A stretch of 64,000 nt of DNA from Diplonema japonicum (Eukaryota; Protista; Euglenozoa: Diplonemea): contig OZ025664.1 in NCBI GenBank assembly GCA_964019335.1, positions 697,524 to 761,523 on the forward strand, read 5' to 3'. Numbering within the stretch: position 1 is the first letter of the stretch; each line of letters starts with the position of its first letter. The notes under the pieces were generated by a model, which worked only from the letters and a program-made list of their open reading frames with translations, was not told the origin of the DNA and made no database searches. Shown piece after piece: positions 34,074-47,853 of this stretch. The position numbers and the translations under genes were made by a program.

Positions 34074-35276
34074 ATGCCGACGTACTATGACGCGGCATGC
34101 ACAGGACCACCTGCAATCGATGGGTCGGAGAGCAATGCGTGCAGAAATAAAGGACAGCCGAAAGAAAAGGTGACAAGGCCTCTTGACAGAAGAACGACAA
34201 CGTTGATGACACGTGAGAGAGTTGAAAAGTCGCGCCTAGAAGCACAGCAAAACCATGAGCCAGAACCAGTATCGCCTTCACCCGTTGCCTCACCAAAGGT
34301 GGAGGAAGAAGATGCAGGCCACAGTACCGCTCGATCCCTGACTAAGGAAGAGAAGGTCCAGCTGATCAACGAATCAGCAAATCACCCGTACCTCAAGAGA
34401 CTGCTGCAGGGCATGCACGTGTTAAGAGACAGGAGCGAAGAGACAGTGCGCTCGACGCATTCGAGCCAGCTGCGCGAGCGGAGATATAAAAAGCCCTCTA
34501 CCACTGCCATGTTCGCCACGCCGCCCCCTGCCATATTCACTGAGTCGAGGTCTCCGATTTCACCGTTGCCCACACCGTGGGAAGACGATGCACCTCCGCC
34601 GTGGGTGGCAAGCAAGCATAGCATACTCAACCAGAACAAAAATAAGAAAAAGAAAAAGAGAACCATTCACAAGACACCGGAACGCACCCCCCGTGGCACC
34701 CCCGGCTTCAGCTCTATCGAGAGAAGAAGTGAGCCGTCGCCCTTCCCCACGACCAGGTCGCACAAGACAGACGTCAGCGAGGGAGAACCTAATGACAAAA
34801 ATGATTTCCCGCAGCTTAAGAAGCTTACATCGATGTTAGCGAACGAGCCGAAGCCTGCAGAGCAGAACGGTGGACATGAGAATGAATGTACCACAGAGGG
34901 GGCCATGTATAAAGGGGAGTCATTTTACACCATGCTGCAAGGGGCCCTCACAAGGCTCGTGGGTGCCGATGCCTCGGACACCGAGACGCCCTCTCCTTCA
35001 CCTTCGTCGCCTACACCTGTTGCTGCGAAGCAGTTGAAGCCGAGAAGCCGACCCAAGCAGATGGGGAACACAACGAATAGAAGTAAAAGGAGTAGCGTAA
35101 CACCGGAGAAGAGGGGTTCCTTCGCACCACGTCCCTCGTACTCGCCGTCGCCGTCACCGTCACGCAGGAAGCCACTGCCGTCGCCTGGCGCAGAGAGGAG
35201 AAGGTATGTAACGGGTGCAAAGGGTGTCACTTTAAACAGCCCGGTGCCAGGACAGAGGCCAGTATGGCGGAAGTAG
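34074..35276 (+). CDS. Ser/Pro/Arg-rich hypothetical protein
   Basis: 400-aa ORF, low complexity. Confidence 0.6.
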   Translation: MPTYYDAACTGPPAIDGSESNACRNKGQPKEKVTRPLDRRTTTLMTRERVEKSRLEAQQNHEPEPVSPSPVASPKVEEEDAGHSTARSLTKEEKVQLINESANHPYLKRLLQGMHVLRDRSEETVRSTHSSQLRERRYKKPSTTAMFATPPPAIFTESRSPISPLPTPWEDDAPPPWVASKHSILNQNKNKKKKKRTIHKTPERTPRGTPGFSSIERRSEPSPFPTTRSHKTDVSEGEPNDKNDFPQLKKLTSMLANEPKPAEQNGGHENECTTEGAMYKGESFYTMLQGALTRLVGADASDTETPSPSPSSPTPVAAKQLKPRSRPKQMGNTTNRSKRSSVTPEKRGSFAPRPSYSPSPSPSRRKPLPSPGAERRRYVTGAKGVTLNSPVPGQRPVWRK

Positions 35277-35572
35277 TTTGATAGATAGAGCTGAACGAAA
35301 CTAGTGCATCTGCCGAAGTGTCGCCGCCTCACGTGCACATTGTATGAACCACCTTCTACCCCCCTTTGTGCGAAGCTAACTAGTCCTTGTGCCTGCACTG
35401 CCGTCCAGGTCGCTGGATGGCAGGGGCGGAAGCACCTGCACTGTCTTGGCTTACGATTGCGGTGCTCCGTGGCTGCCTCCTGCTGCTCGATACTTTCTTG
35501 AATGAAAGAAGGAAGAAAGGACCCTTGGCCCCGCAGTACTGAAGCTTGGCACTTTCACTTGCTGCATCGCAT

Positions 35573-35626
<54 letters not shown>

Positions 35627-36061
35627 TTCAACAAAAAGATTTAAAGGAAAGAAAAAGAAAGAAAGAAAAAAAGAAAATAACGAGCAAAAAAAAAAAAAAG
35701 GAAAAAGAAGACAACGATGCTTTGCACGGTGATGGGCAAGATTCCGCACACCGGTTGTAAGTTATAGCTTGAGCAACATAAAGAAAAGTTAAGAACAAGT
35801 GTAATTTTTTTAAGAGGAGGGTTACTTGTAGGCGTCCTTTTAGCGGTGGCGTACGGCAGTGGGTGCCGAACAGGGATTTGTAGTTTTTTTTTTTCTTTTT
35901 TTTTTTTTATTCTTTTTCTTTTATGTTTCCCCTATTCCCCCCTTTTTTCTTATCCCTAAAAGGTTTTTTTTTTTGTAATCCCTCCCATTTATAATCCTCA
36001 AGCTTTGATATCACCGACACGAAAAAAGAAGGAAAAAGAAAAGGAAAAAAAAAAAAAAAAA

Positions 36062-36623
36062 ATGTTCCGTGGATTGAGGGCCGCCAGGACGATCTCGCAG
36101 GTATGTGCCACACACAATATCATATATTCGTTTACAGGTGAGGAGCTTTGGGATGACTGCCCCCTGCCTCATGCCGGTGTACTACTCAAAGAGCCACGAG
36201 TGGGTGAGCATTGAGGAAGGCAAGGCAACAGTCGGAATCACCCATTTCGCTCAGGAAGAGCTTGGTGAGGTGGTGTACATTGACTTGCCTGAAGTCGGTG
36301 AGACTGTGGAGCCCAGTATGCAGCTTTCCCCTTCCTTTCCCCTTTCACAACTTTTTAACAGACGAGACCTACGGCACTGTGGAGTCTGTGAAGGCCACCT
36401 CCTCCCTCATCTCCCCCGTCGGTGGCACCATCGCCGATGTCAATGAAGAGCTTACTGAGAACAGCGGTATGAATGCTGTGAGGAAAAAAATATTAAAACA
36501 GGGCTTGTGAACGAGTCCCCCGAAGACAAGGCATGGACCATCAAGCTTGAGGGCATCACCGAGCCCGAGGGTCTTATGACCAGAGAGGAGTACGAGAAGT
36601 ACCAAGCAGAAGTAGCGGAATGA
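36062..36623 (+). CDS. GCSH: Glycine cleavage system H protein, mitochondrial; 4 exons
   Basis: [27 protein letters not shown], lipoyl motif [17 protein letters not shown]; introns 36101-36137, 36316-36361, 36467-36501. Confidence 0.95.
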
Positions 36624-37146
36624 TCTTAGTGAAGAAAGAAGAATTTTAAAGGTCGTGCTTCATAGTGTTTGATTTTTTTTTTTTTTTCCTTTTCCCTTCT
36701 TTGCTTTTCGCGGTGTCTGCGGCACCCTACCTGCGACCCATTCGGTCCATACTTCAAAAGGACGACGCCTGCAGCACCATGACAGGGGAGGGTGACTACC
36801 CATACCCTTAGTGCTTTCTGTTTCTTTTTTTCTTTCTTTTTTCCACCATTATCTTTTTCTTTTTTTTCTTTCTTTCTTTCTTTTTTTTTTTTTTTTTACG
36901 CGCGTGTCGTGGCACGTTTTTCTTTTTCTTTTTTTGGACAGCTTGGGCTATTCACGCCAGATACATGCTTTGTTTGCCTTGAGGGTCTCGGGCTTGTACT
37001 CGTTAAGGCTGCCGGGTTTGGACCGCACTTTTTGGGTTTCGTTCCTTTCACGTTGGTGGTTATGAGCATGTGTAATGTGCTTCATGGCATTACTTTCCTC
37101 TCTTTTTTGGCATATTTCGCGCTAACTACTGGGCACTGCAGGTATA

Positions 37147-39401
37147 ATGTACCCTCACTTGTCGCTGCTTGCGAGTCTAGCAGGTCAGTCGCTTGCTGTA
37201 CTTATAGGCTCTGAGCAAGTGGGCTCTGAACAAGTGGACTCTGAGCTAGAAAAGGCAAAGTTGATCCTATGTCTCCGGGAGCAGGTGGAAGCGCTGACCA
37301 CCAATGTCACAGAGGCACGGAAGCAGCAGCACAGTGCAGAGAAGACTAATAAGCAGCTCAGCGATGCAATCACCGCGGGGCGTGCAAGGCTGAGTGTCAG
37401 GGACTGCGACATGCAGGTTTTCCAAGAGAAGCTGGCCACCTCAGAAGACCAGCTGCTGCTCAGCAAGATGAAGCTGGAGATGCTGCAAGAAGAGGGTATA
37501 AAGCGCGAAGCAGTTTACAACAACGAGAAGCAAAAGCAGAATGAAGCACTACGAGAGGAGCGGGTCGGCCTCATGCAACAGAAGGTAGAAAAGAAAAGAG
37601 ACGACACTGAGAACGCCCTCCTGCTGCGCCTCATCAACGCAGAAGCCGATAAGTGGAAACACAAAACGCTGGAACTGCATTCTGTTATTGACGTGCAGGT
37701 GCGGGAGGAGGCGAAGAACAACGTGTTGTTAGCAATAGTGAACGCTCAGCTGATCGGCCAAAGAGAAGAAAACAACGCCCTGAGGAAGGAGGTGGGAGGC
37801 TACAGAGAAGAGATTACGAGGAAAGAAGAGCAGCTCCAAGATGCTGAGGAGAGACGCGAACAGTTATTACGACTTAAAGAGCAGCAGAGCGACTATGCCA
37901 TCACTACGGAGAAGGAACACCACTTCAAGATCATGAGGCGCAAGGCACACGAAAGCAGGCAGCAGACGCTAATCGAAAGCTCGGAAGTAGAGCTCAAGGC
38001 CAATGTTACGGAAATCGAGTCATACACTCACAGAGCAAGCCTAGGGCTGAAGACGGCTTATGAGAAGCAGGCCGACCTGACGGGGCAGTGCAACAGGCTG
38101 ATCGCTATCAACAACGATCTGAAAACTGCACTGCGAGAAACAGAGGTATGATTTTGCCAAGACTGCATCAACGCAGGAGATCGAAACATCACGCTACGTC
38201 GAGAGGAAGAATGAAATCACGAAACTAGCCACGCGAAGAGAAACAGTGGCTAAGAAAATGGAGCTGGCAGATATGGTATGCAGCTTCTCATCTTGTGTTT
38301 CTTGTATGCATAGCAGAAACGCTTTGAGGAGATGGTGAGTAATGATAACAGTATAAACCTTCTTAAGTCTCAAGTAGAAGTTCTCAGCAAGAAAGCGAAG
38401 GCCTTCGGAGAGAAGGTTGTGATCAAGCAAGCAGGAATCAACGACAAGTATGAATATTAGATATATCTAATCCACCTAGGATCGAGAGCGCCAGGGCCAC
38501 GGCAGCTGCTATCCGACTTCAGGAGATGGAGAGCGACACCGACAACTTCAAGACTATCACGAAGATCATAGCTGCCAATGAGTGCCTGCGCAACCAGATT
38601 GTGGTGTTGGAGAAGACAGCAGCTGCGCGCAACGAGGCGCACATTCAGGAGAGAATAGAAATGGCAGAGCAGTTGGCGAAGTATAAGAAGATGAAGGGCG
38701 ACCTTGAAGAAGGAGTGAGAGACAAAACGACGGCCCACGAAGGCACTATGGCCGACCTCCGAGCCCAGCAATTGAATGTGTCGGAGAAGCAGGTGGGGGC
38801 TGAAGAAGTTCAGCACACTGCAAGTCATTTGCGTGAGCGGTGTATCATGGTGGATCGTGAGACGGGACATTTAACGAAGCACCTCCACGCGCTGGAGAAG
38901 GAAGCCATGCGCAGCATGAGGTTTTTTGAAGGCAAATGTAATGCATACGAATCAGAGGGCAAGGTGCATAAGAACGAAATCGCAAGGCTCGCGAGGACAG
39001 TATCACGACTGGAGGTGAGGGTGGCGGAGACGCAAGAGTACCGCACCAAAGCGGAGGAGAACACCAAACTAGAGGGGGAGATAAAGGAGTATAAAAAAGA
39101 ACAGCGGTATCTCCAGAACGTGATATCGACAATGACAGTAGAGAAGGGCCTCCTTGACGGTTACAAGGCAAAAGTACTCACAGAGCAGAACGAATCTCAG
39201 CTGCAGAAGCTGAAGTCCTTGGAGGGCCTCAAAGCGCGGTACGTCCCACTTCTGAAGGAGCTCCTTGCTACGGCACGAAAACATGACATCAAGTCAGACG
39301 CGATCAAGAACGCCGAGCGGGCGGCCCTTGAGCTCGGCATTTCGTGTTACCACACTCCAGCTCCTCCGAAGGCTCTTTGGGCAAGCCATCAAAATTATTA
39401 G
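37147..39401 (+). CDS. Long coiled-coil protein (multi-exon; exon boundaries approximate)
   Basis: ORFs 37147-38151 and 38526-39401 linked by short GTATG...AG intron-like gaps; heptad-rich. Confidence 0.55.
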
Positions 39402-39479
39402 TGCTTTCCAGTACTGAGTGTTTAATAAGTATTAGTGCCTTTGCGTTTTTGTTTAAGTCTTATTTCAGTTAAATGAAGG

Positions 39480-42400
39480 ATGCACGGATTTAAGGAAGGG
39501 CACCTCAGGGCACGCACGCCACAAGACTGTGTGTCGTCACAGTATGTGTCACCTCCTCGCAATGCACTCCTGCCAAAGCGGTTTCCTAAGGCGGCAAACA
39601 GCATTGCCTTGACGCCTGAGGGGACAGCACACGATGAAACAGCGCCGCCATGGCTCACACCCACGCACGACGAGACCGCAGATTTGGTCATGTCAAAGCT
39701 GCACAGTCACTACCTCGCCTCAACCCCTGTGCAAAGCACTCCTTTACGAAGGACCCCTGTGCAAAGCACAGTGAGTCGTGTTCCGAGAACAGCTCCCAAG
39801 ACACGTGCCCCAAACACTGAAGCGCACCCACTCCCGAATTCGCAAACCAAGCTCCCTCCCTTTTTATCGTCTTCGCGAGGCCTCCACATTGTCAACAAGG
39901 CACAAAAAGCAGCATTGGGTAGGTTAGCAGTGGCAGAAGAAGAGCTACGGCTTCTGCTGTCTTCGGAGGGGATATCGAATTCAGCACTGCACGACTCATC
40001 AGCGCCACCTGGGAAGCGTATTGCCGATGCAAAGGCAGCGCTTGAAGAGCTCAACAAAGCGAAAGCACCAGTTAAGGATGCAGGTGATGTACAGCAGGAG
40101 GTGTGCATGCTCGATTTCGTATCCGAGAGCACACAGCCGGGATCGTGCACGGATAAAGCGGTCTTTGAAGAGGCTACGACAGTTGAACCGACTCACAGCA
40201 AAGAACCGATTCAATCTATAAACATCAAGCTTGAAGGCCGACAGCATGAGCCGATCCGAAGTAGCCAGCAGAACGTACACCAGCAGGAGGAACCTGCAGG
40301 CAAACTCGTCAAGCTTGAGCACAAGCAAGAATTTTATGCCGTGCCGCTTGGTGTTCAGCAGATTGCACCCGAACAGATTCAAGTTGTTCCTGCTGAACAG
40401 CCAATTCCTCTCGAGGAGGTGAGTAAAACTAGCAGAAGGTCTGCACCTGCTCCTCAAGCACCAGTTGCACCGGAGCAGATCCGTACTGAGTGCCAGCGTG
40501 AGGCACCAATTCAAGTGGAGGCTGCACACTTCCCCATCAAGCATGTCTCTGTATCGTCGAGCACATGTGAAATGTCACAGCGAGGGTCGCTTATGAGTGT
40601 AACCTTCTTAGATGGTACGCTGCCGCAGGACACCCGCACTCATGACTGCACCGTTCGCCTTATATTTGACGACCCCAATCAGTCCTTGGGTGTGAAGTGG
40701 CGGTATAACAACGGATATATTGTAGCCGACAGTTTCGATGAGAACGGTGTCTGCGACAAGGCAGGGATGCAGAAGGGGTGGTGCGTTGTGAGTGTAAACA
40801 AGATACCTGTGTGCACCATTCAGCATCTCAACAAGGCCGTCTCGGATGCTAGGTGTGAACAAGAGTGGGTCGATCTGGGAGTTCTTGTGCCTCACAGCGC
40901 AGAGGGAAAGCCTGAAATGAAGGATACTGCAATAGAGTGTGCGGCGGAGGTAGCCGACATCGCTGTGTCTACTGACGTGCCTTACCCGAACGAAGACTAC
41001 GAAAACCTGACGGGGCGGTTAGAAGAGTTGCAAACTGTGTTGAATGTCGCACTTAAGGAGCGTGATGACTTTGCGAGCAAGGTAGAGATGACGGCTGGAA
41101 TTGCAGAAGAGTATAGTTTGGAGAAGGAAAAATGCACTGAGCTGCAGTTGTTGCTGGACAACTGCAATGAGATGCTCGCGAGCCATGAACGGATAGCCGA
41201 GGAGTGCAAGAACGATAATGCAGGACAAGAGCAGTTCATTCTTACATTAGAAGATGAGAAGAGAAAATTAGAGCACCAAGTCAAGATGAGCGAGCACAAT
41301 ACGCAAGAAGTGGTGGATAAGTACGAACTGCTGCAGCGCAGGATACAGCTGCTGGAGACAGACCTAGAGATGGTATGCATAACGCGAAATAGTCATGACG
41401 TCAACAATAGGCCAACAGGAGGTGTCAGTCACAAAAGCAACATATCGAGTTTCTTGAAGATGACCTCTCGAAGGTACGTATGGTGTCAGAATAACAAGAA
41501 CTGCCAACAGCTGCGGAAAGCAGAATCTGATTTGACGCGCAAATTGAATAGCACGAGTGGCGACCTAGAAGGTGCGAAAGATCTAGTGAAACAGTTCCAA
41601 GGCAACACGGAATTGCTTGTTGCGGAAAACGAAGAGAAGACAAAGAGCCTTGCCACCACTAAACACGAGATGGCTAAGGTGTGCATAAGTCCTGCCTCAG
41701 TACCAACAGATAACGCGGGAGAGCAACGAATGTAAACGACTGCATGACAAGGTGACGTTCCAGTCTAATGAACAGAGCATTGCTCTCGTACAGGTAGGTT
41801 GTTTTTTCTTGTATATGCTCGCTTACAGGCGGATGAGGAAGTTGAGAGACAGAAGGTCATTATTAGCACCTTAGAAGCAGCTCTGCGTGACCATGAGCTA
41901 CGGTCCGTAGAGCAAGCACAGGTACAGCATTCTCACCCTGTTTCACTCACTCACAGCACATGCGCGATGTTGTTGAAAGGAACGCCTTGTTGGAGGCAGA
42001 GATTGGCAAGATCCAATCGGTATGCCCCGGCATTTAACAACCCCGACACACAGGCCGCCGCTGATGAGCGACAAGGCACCGTGCGAAGGCTGACCAATGC
42101 AGCAGAAGAGAGGTTGTCGACAATGCAAAGCACGCACGACAGAGAAGTTTCATTCCAAAGACAGGAATTGGATCAGATGAGGGAGAGCGGCACCAATGAA
42201 ATGAAAATCAAAGAAGAACTTGAACGAGAGGTGCTCGTATTGAAGGATGAGAAACAGGTGCTGCTCTCTAAACTGGGTGCCTATGAGGCAGAGGCCTTCG
42301 AGCGCATGAGGTCGCCTAAGGCAAAGAGGCTTTCGTCACGTATGGTCTCGCCGTTGTCGCCTTCTTTGGGTGCGCGTATTGCAAGCAGCTCTATTGATGA

Positions 42401-43109
42401 TCTAGAGTCGCCCTACTCCCGTGGAAAGCAGAGCGTCTACTTCCTGGACAACGTCCACCCGCCTGACGACGGTTCCTGTGATGAAGTGTGGACACCGGTT
42501 AGGTTGAACGTCGTAGCTGCTAACTATGGTAAGTTCAGATCCTCGTCTGACTTTGCGCGATCATCCTTTGCAAGATCACGGACGGCGTCGTGGCGGAGTG
42601 GCGAGCTGTTCATGGACACAAGGATCGTTCCCCATCCAGTCGACGGCTTCATGGTGACCAGGGACAGTGCTGTCACGCAAGTGCCCAATGACGAGCCTAC
42701 AGGTGACAGTGGCTTCCCTCCTGTCGCACCGTCCCCCGAAAGTATTGAAAAGTCAGAACCCGACAACCAACAACCGACACCCAACCGACCCACAAACCCT
42801 CTGCAGCAGGCAGGGCTTACGTTAGATGAGGTTTTCTCCACATGCTTTGAGCAGAGAACCCAGTTGGCATCGTCCTTCGCAACACTAGATGTCCTGAAGA
42901 CCGAGATGGTGTCCACGAAAGAGCTCCTGTCGCGCCCCAGCACTGCATGCATGCTCGATGACACTGTGTGGCAGGAGCTCACTGACATCGAGCAAATATA
43001 CCTGTCGTTGAAAGGCTCTCTGGAGGGCTGTAGTGAGACCTTTGATAAAAATGAGCTAGAAGCGAGAGAGCTCGCCATTATCGCTGACTCCTTGGGGTCG
43101 TGTGCGTGA
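39480..43109 (+). CDS. Large PDZ plus coiled-coil protein (multi-exon; model approximate)
   Basis: PDZ-like DPNQSLGVKW...DKAGMQKGWCVVSVNKIPV; several short GT-AG gaps between 41370 and 42050. Confidence 0.55.
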
Positions 43110-43204
43110 TAAACGTGTTGTATATAAGTACTTTGTTGTTATAGTAGATTAAGTTACAGTGTTGTATTTAAGTCTTCTGCCTTCACATTCACAATAGGGC
43201 AGAT

Positions 43205-43597
43205 ATGTTTACGTTTATCGTAGGCATCGACTGGGCGGGGTACAGGAGAAACACGGAAGTCGTGATACAGAGCAATATCCCACCTACAACAGAAGAGCTG
43301 CGGGATGCAGCAGAAGAAGTGTTTACTATTGACGCGAAATGCGAGAAAGCAGCACCGTGGCATGAGAAGCAAGATGCAGTGTTGCGAGTGAATGACATGA
43401 TGATATGGGACAGCGTGTTACAGGGGTGGTCCAATTTGCTATTTAGTTCACAGTTGCGTGAGTGGACGCAGATATGGTGTGTGTGCGACGGCACACCCCT
43501 TCCGACGTTGCACGAGATACCGAAGACAAAAAGTGGTTTCTCACAATTGACGAAACACACCATCAGTCCACCCATCCACATCCAGACCCAACGTTAG
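43205..43597 (+). CDS. Stand-alone BILBO1 N-terminal (ubiquitin-like) domain protein
   Basis: FIVGID..G...N.E...PT..ELRDAAEEVF...MMIWD...W..L...QL....Q aligns by eye with the trypanosomatid BILBO1 NTD. Confidence 0.65.
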   Translation: MFTFIVGIDWAGYRRNTEVVIQSNIPPTTEELRDAAEEVFTIDAKCEKAAPWHEKQDAVLRVNDMMIWDSVLQGWSNLLFSSQLREWTQIWCVCDGTPLPTLHEIPKTKSGFSQLTKHTISPPIHIQTQR

Positions 43598-43642
43598 CTT
43601 CTTGTCTTTGCGTCCATCATATCACTCACCAAAGGTTACACA

Positions 43643-44653
43643 ATGTCTCATGCCGATGACGAGCTCTATGAGATAACAGTGGTATGCCACCCGTACCCTC
43701 CCACCACAGCAGGGCAACTCGTCAGATGGCAGTTTTACCGACAAGCAGGATGGATGCGGTAAGCAGTCTTTCCCTGACAATCAAGAAGGAGCTGAGGTGT
43801 GGTAGCTTTCTCTTTTGTTACCGTACAGATATGCCCAATGTGCTTAGATCCGAAGCAGCAGAAAGCCGACGGTTCTCTATCTGTGATCCAGCCTTGCCAA
43901 CATGAGTTCCATACCAACTGCATGTATTTGGTATTGTGGCTCTTTTCTCCCGTCCGACTCTTTTCCCAGTTATTTTCGAAGTGCTTTGTACGGGAGTGTC
44001 CTATGTGCAGGGGGCCAATTATGGCCATCAAGAAGGACAACGAGGCGGTTGTGCCGGTAGCAGAGCTGCGGAAGCTGTTCAGACATCAGTGCTACGGTGT
44101 GCGGTTCCGTAAGGAGTCATACATAGAGGACAACTCACCCTATGGTGCTGAGGTGTGCGTGGTGTTGCGTTTTTATACCTCACAGGTGACGTCGTTCCTT
44201 ACCTTCTCTGAGCAGACAAGACGGCTGAGGATCAAGAAGCATTGTAATTCCGCAGGTGAGAGACTGTACAAGGCGAAGATACCCAGCGTCGTCATTGAGC
44301 TAGTAGACAGCGACGGTGTGCCCCAGGAGTCGCACAACGAGAACATTCTTGTATCTCTCCTGCACTCTAACCAGAACGGCAGCACCACTGTCGCTCCCGA
44401 TACAGTCATGATGCACCATGGCGTGGCCGTCTTCAACCAGATCGATGTCGAGTGCCGTGAGCCTGGCATCCTTGCAATGAAGTTCGTCATCCAAGCCCCT
44501 GGCCTCTTGGTGCACCACAAAGCTGTCTTTGCAGCAATTGATTTTTATGACCCATACAAATGCAGTCTGCTACTTGTCTTCCTGAGTAGCATCTGTGTTT
44601 TGATCATCATTTCCGTCTCGTTGATAGTGACCGTCTACGTCACCGACCCATAG
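43643..44653 (+). CDS. RING-finger protein with C-terminal TM anchor (putative E3 ligase); multi-exon
   Basis: CPMC...PCQHEFHTNC...CPMCR; C-terminal LLLVFLSSICVLIIISVSLIVTVYV; short introns near 43682 and 43797. Confidence 0.7.
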
Positions 44654-44739
44654 ACATCTTTACAGGTGGCGTGGAAAGTGTAGTAAGTAAAGTAGATGAT
44701 TCATTCGCATTAAGTGCTCCTTTTAAAAACCTCACAGCA

Positions 44740-47700
44740 ATGAGCGAGAAAGCGTTGCTCATTAAATGGATACTAAAGAAGCACGCGGATGTGGACAGCC
44801 TGGGTGACATTGACGTTGAGGGCATCAAGGCAGCGGTACTCATAAGGGCGCTGGACGAGGGGAAATGTGTTGATATTAATGAGCTGATAGCTTTGTCACG
44901 GGAACCGCCTGCAGACGAGCGAGGTAGACCTAAACGTGTTTCTGTTGATCTTCTGGCGACAGGCACGTCAGCCTCGCAGCCCTCGTCACCAAACCTTCCT
45001 TCGCAGGGGGTTACATCATCCTCCGCGTCGTGCACTTCTACATCCCCCAGGTGCCTTACGCACCCTGACTTTCTGTTCTTCCCACCGGTTCTCCTCAGGC
45101 GGCCTATCCAATCTGACGTAAGACCCTTCCATTCCCACCACAAGCAGCTCTCCTTACTGAGGGATAAGATGATTTCTTCACAGTCCTATCGGACCCGCCT
45201 CGTACACCTTGCAGGACTGGAGTCTGCACTTATTGCGTGCAACCTGAACGGTAGGCGTGTCATGGAGATCGAGTCGGCTCTTGACCTTCCCTCCGCCGTG
45301 GTGAGAGGGATGACAAGCATGCTGAAGAAGGGTGTACAAGACCGCCCGAACACAGAAACAACCAGCAGTCTGCAATGGCGAGTGGAGTGCCTGAAGTGGA
45401 GTTTCGAACATCAAGTAGAAGCGGTAAAGGCTTTCAGTGAATGTGAAAACTCGCTGAAAGACTGGCGTGTGTGCTGTGTGTTGCTTATAATAGATTCTTT
45501 AGAAGGTAATTTTACGGAGCTTTGCTCAAGGCTTCTTACTTGTGCTAATAAGCCTACGCAGTGGGAGGATCCCCTGCAGGAGCTGAGTAGTGCGATACCC
45601 GAGGGTGCGATGATGTCTTCGCACGTGGCACTGGAGCTTTACTCAGGTTTGGTTGCGCTTTTCATGTCGCAAGACGACGATGAGCCTGTGGACCAAGAAG
45701 TGGTGTATGATGTGCTTGCTCCTTTGCGTGAGATGTGGGGTATATCGTCATACGTGCACGGCGTTGTGAAGTCTACGATGGCTGTCGAGCTGCTCACCAT
45801 TGAAGGGTCAAAGGACGCTAGCACGCAGAATGCTATGTGCAGAATGGTTGAACTATTCCCTAAGCCCGAAGATGAAAGCGACAAAGACTGGTGTCTGTCC
45901 CTGATAGCGTCTGTGATTGGCAGGCTCTACCAAATGTTCCTCGTCCCCTCCTTTACATCCCCCTCTTCTAGCATACACGATATTGTGCGGTGCTGTGCAT
46001 ACCTGGGCGACCAGTATCTTTACAAAGACCTGGAGCCATATCTCTCAGCTGTTCTCAATACCATTGGTGCCACCAGTCCTTTCAGCGTGGACGACGACAT
46101 CAGCAGCGTGGCGCGTGACCTTGTGAACAATGGTGTTTGGTTTGGTGTCAGCATCAATTGGAAGATGTTGCAAAGCAATGTCAAGAAGCAGCTTGAACAA
46201 GAGCTGCCGCCGCCTGTAGTGACGAGGAAGCTGTCTGCGTTGTTAGATGGCAGTGATTACATCCCTGAAAAGGCTGAATTGCCACGTATCACTCTTGCGA
46301 TTGGTATTCTCAAGAAGTTGCCCCGCGAAATGGAAAAGCACATTTCTCTGCTGTCTGCTACGAATTCTCAGCCGCTGCGCGCAGTGGCGGCGGCATCGTA
46401 CTTCAGGCACATCATCAGCCTTTTCGATGACGAAGACGACGCACTCAACATGGCGTGCGACGAGACGATGCAGATGCTGGCGCTCATGAAGGGCATCGTA
46501 CAGCGCCACCCAGCAAGCAGTTGCATCATCGATACTTTATCCCTGTTGTCGCCGAGGCTGATGAAGTCAGCAGGCAAGCGCATCACAGCACTGCAGGAGA
46601 GCATGTCCGATTTTGTAGAAAGTGCAATAAGAAAAGCTGACTGGATGGTCGAGGAAGGGCAAAAGCTCGTTCTGCCAGAGATCATCGACTGCTTCGCTTG
46701 TTTCAACGAAAACATGAGCACCGTAAACAATTTCTTTTTCCCAAACTCCACAGTGTTTGCAAAGGGCATCGTGCAGTGTGCCTCAGGCAGCACGCAGTGC
46801 CTAGCAGAGCATGTCTCTCGCAGGTTCCATATGCCTACTGCAGCGGAGGGGTCGCTGGATGGCCTTATGATGCTGCAGTGCGGCGGCTCTTTAGGACATG
46901 CTGTCATCGCTCTCAACTCCCTTCTCGCGATTGAAGAAGAGTACGTCAAAACGATAAGTCTGTTTTCTGAGTCTTGGTCAGCTGTTTGCCCTTTGATTGG
47001 GGAAGCTTCTCTAAATACCGCATCTCAGACGAAAGGAACCCTGGCCTACTTGGGGACGAAGAAAGACGAGTTGACTAGATACCTGGCGGCAGTGATGACG
47101 TTCGGGAACCAGGCGGAGGACTGGAAGCAAGGACTGTACTCGATAGATATGAAACATTATAAAAAGTACAAGCACGACAAGAAATATTTATTGAAGAACG
47201 GTGCTTGCAGCCATCTGAGGTTTTCCGGTGTTTCTATACGCGACATGCTAGCTGTGGTTGATCAAGGGATGAATAGCAGCCTTCCGTTCCTGTTGCAGCC
47301 TGATGTGCGGATGCACGTAGTGGAGTACTCCCTTAAAATGTGGTGCATACTGTTTGAGTGGGTGTTGCTAGGCGATTCCTCAACTGAGAAGTACGGCAGG
47401 CACTTCCACGAGGAGCAAACTCCTCGGCTCCTGGAGGACATCACATACATAGAGGGCTTCTACAACGCTGGTGGAACAGTATGCCTGTTTGCGACTACAT
47501 AACACCTTCACCCCAGGGCCTGCCCCACTCAGTTATGAAGAAGTATTTAGGACGCATCAAGCTCATCATTCAGTTGGTTATGAGCAGGCCAACCGAGGAG
47601 TTGCTCGATGGCGGTCCCTTGTGCCTTCCTTACAACAGCCTGTCAGAGGTATCAGACGGAGGAGGAAGGGAAAAAAAGGAAAGAAAAAAAAACAGGACGA

Positions 47701-47797
47701 TCCTCAGAAGCCCGCTTGCAAGAGAGTTGTCCGTGATACACTGTCCCATCGCAAAGACCCACTTGCAAAGAAATTTGTAAAAAAATTGTCTTCTTAG
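44740..47797 (+). CDS. Munc13-homology (MUN/MHD2) domain protein, PATROL1/unc-13-like
   Basis: C-terminal WVLLG...RHF...LLEDITYIEGFYNAGG.GLP...TEELL...LSHRKDPLAKKFVKK after removing introns 47479-47516 and about 47649-47695. Confidence 0.65.
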
Positions 47798-47853
47798 TTA
47801 TGTACTAGCTTGTGTGTTGCAGTGATAGAATTTCCAGGTAAAATAAAAAATAA

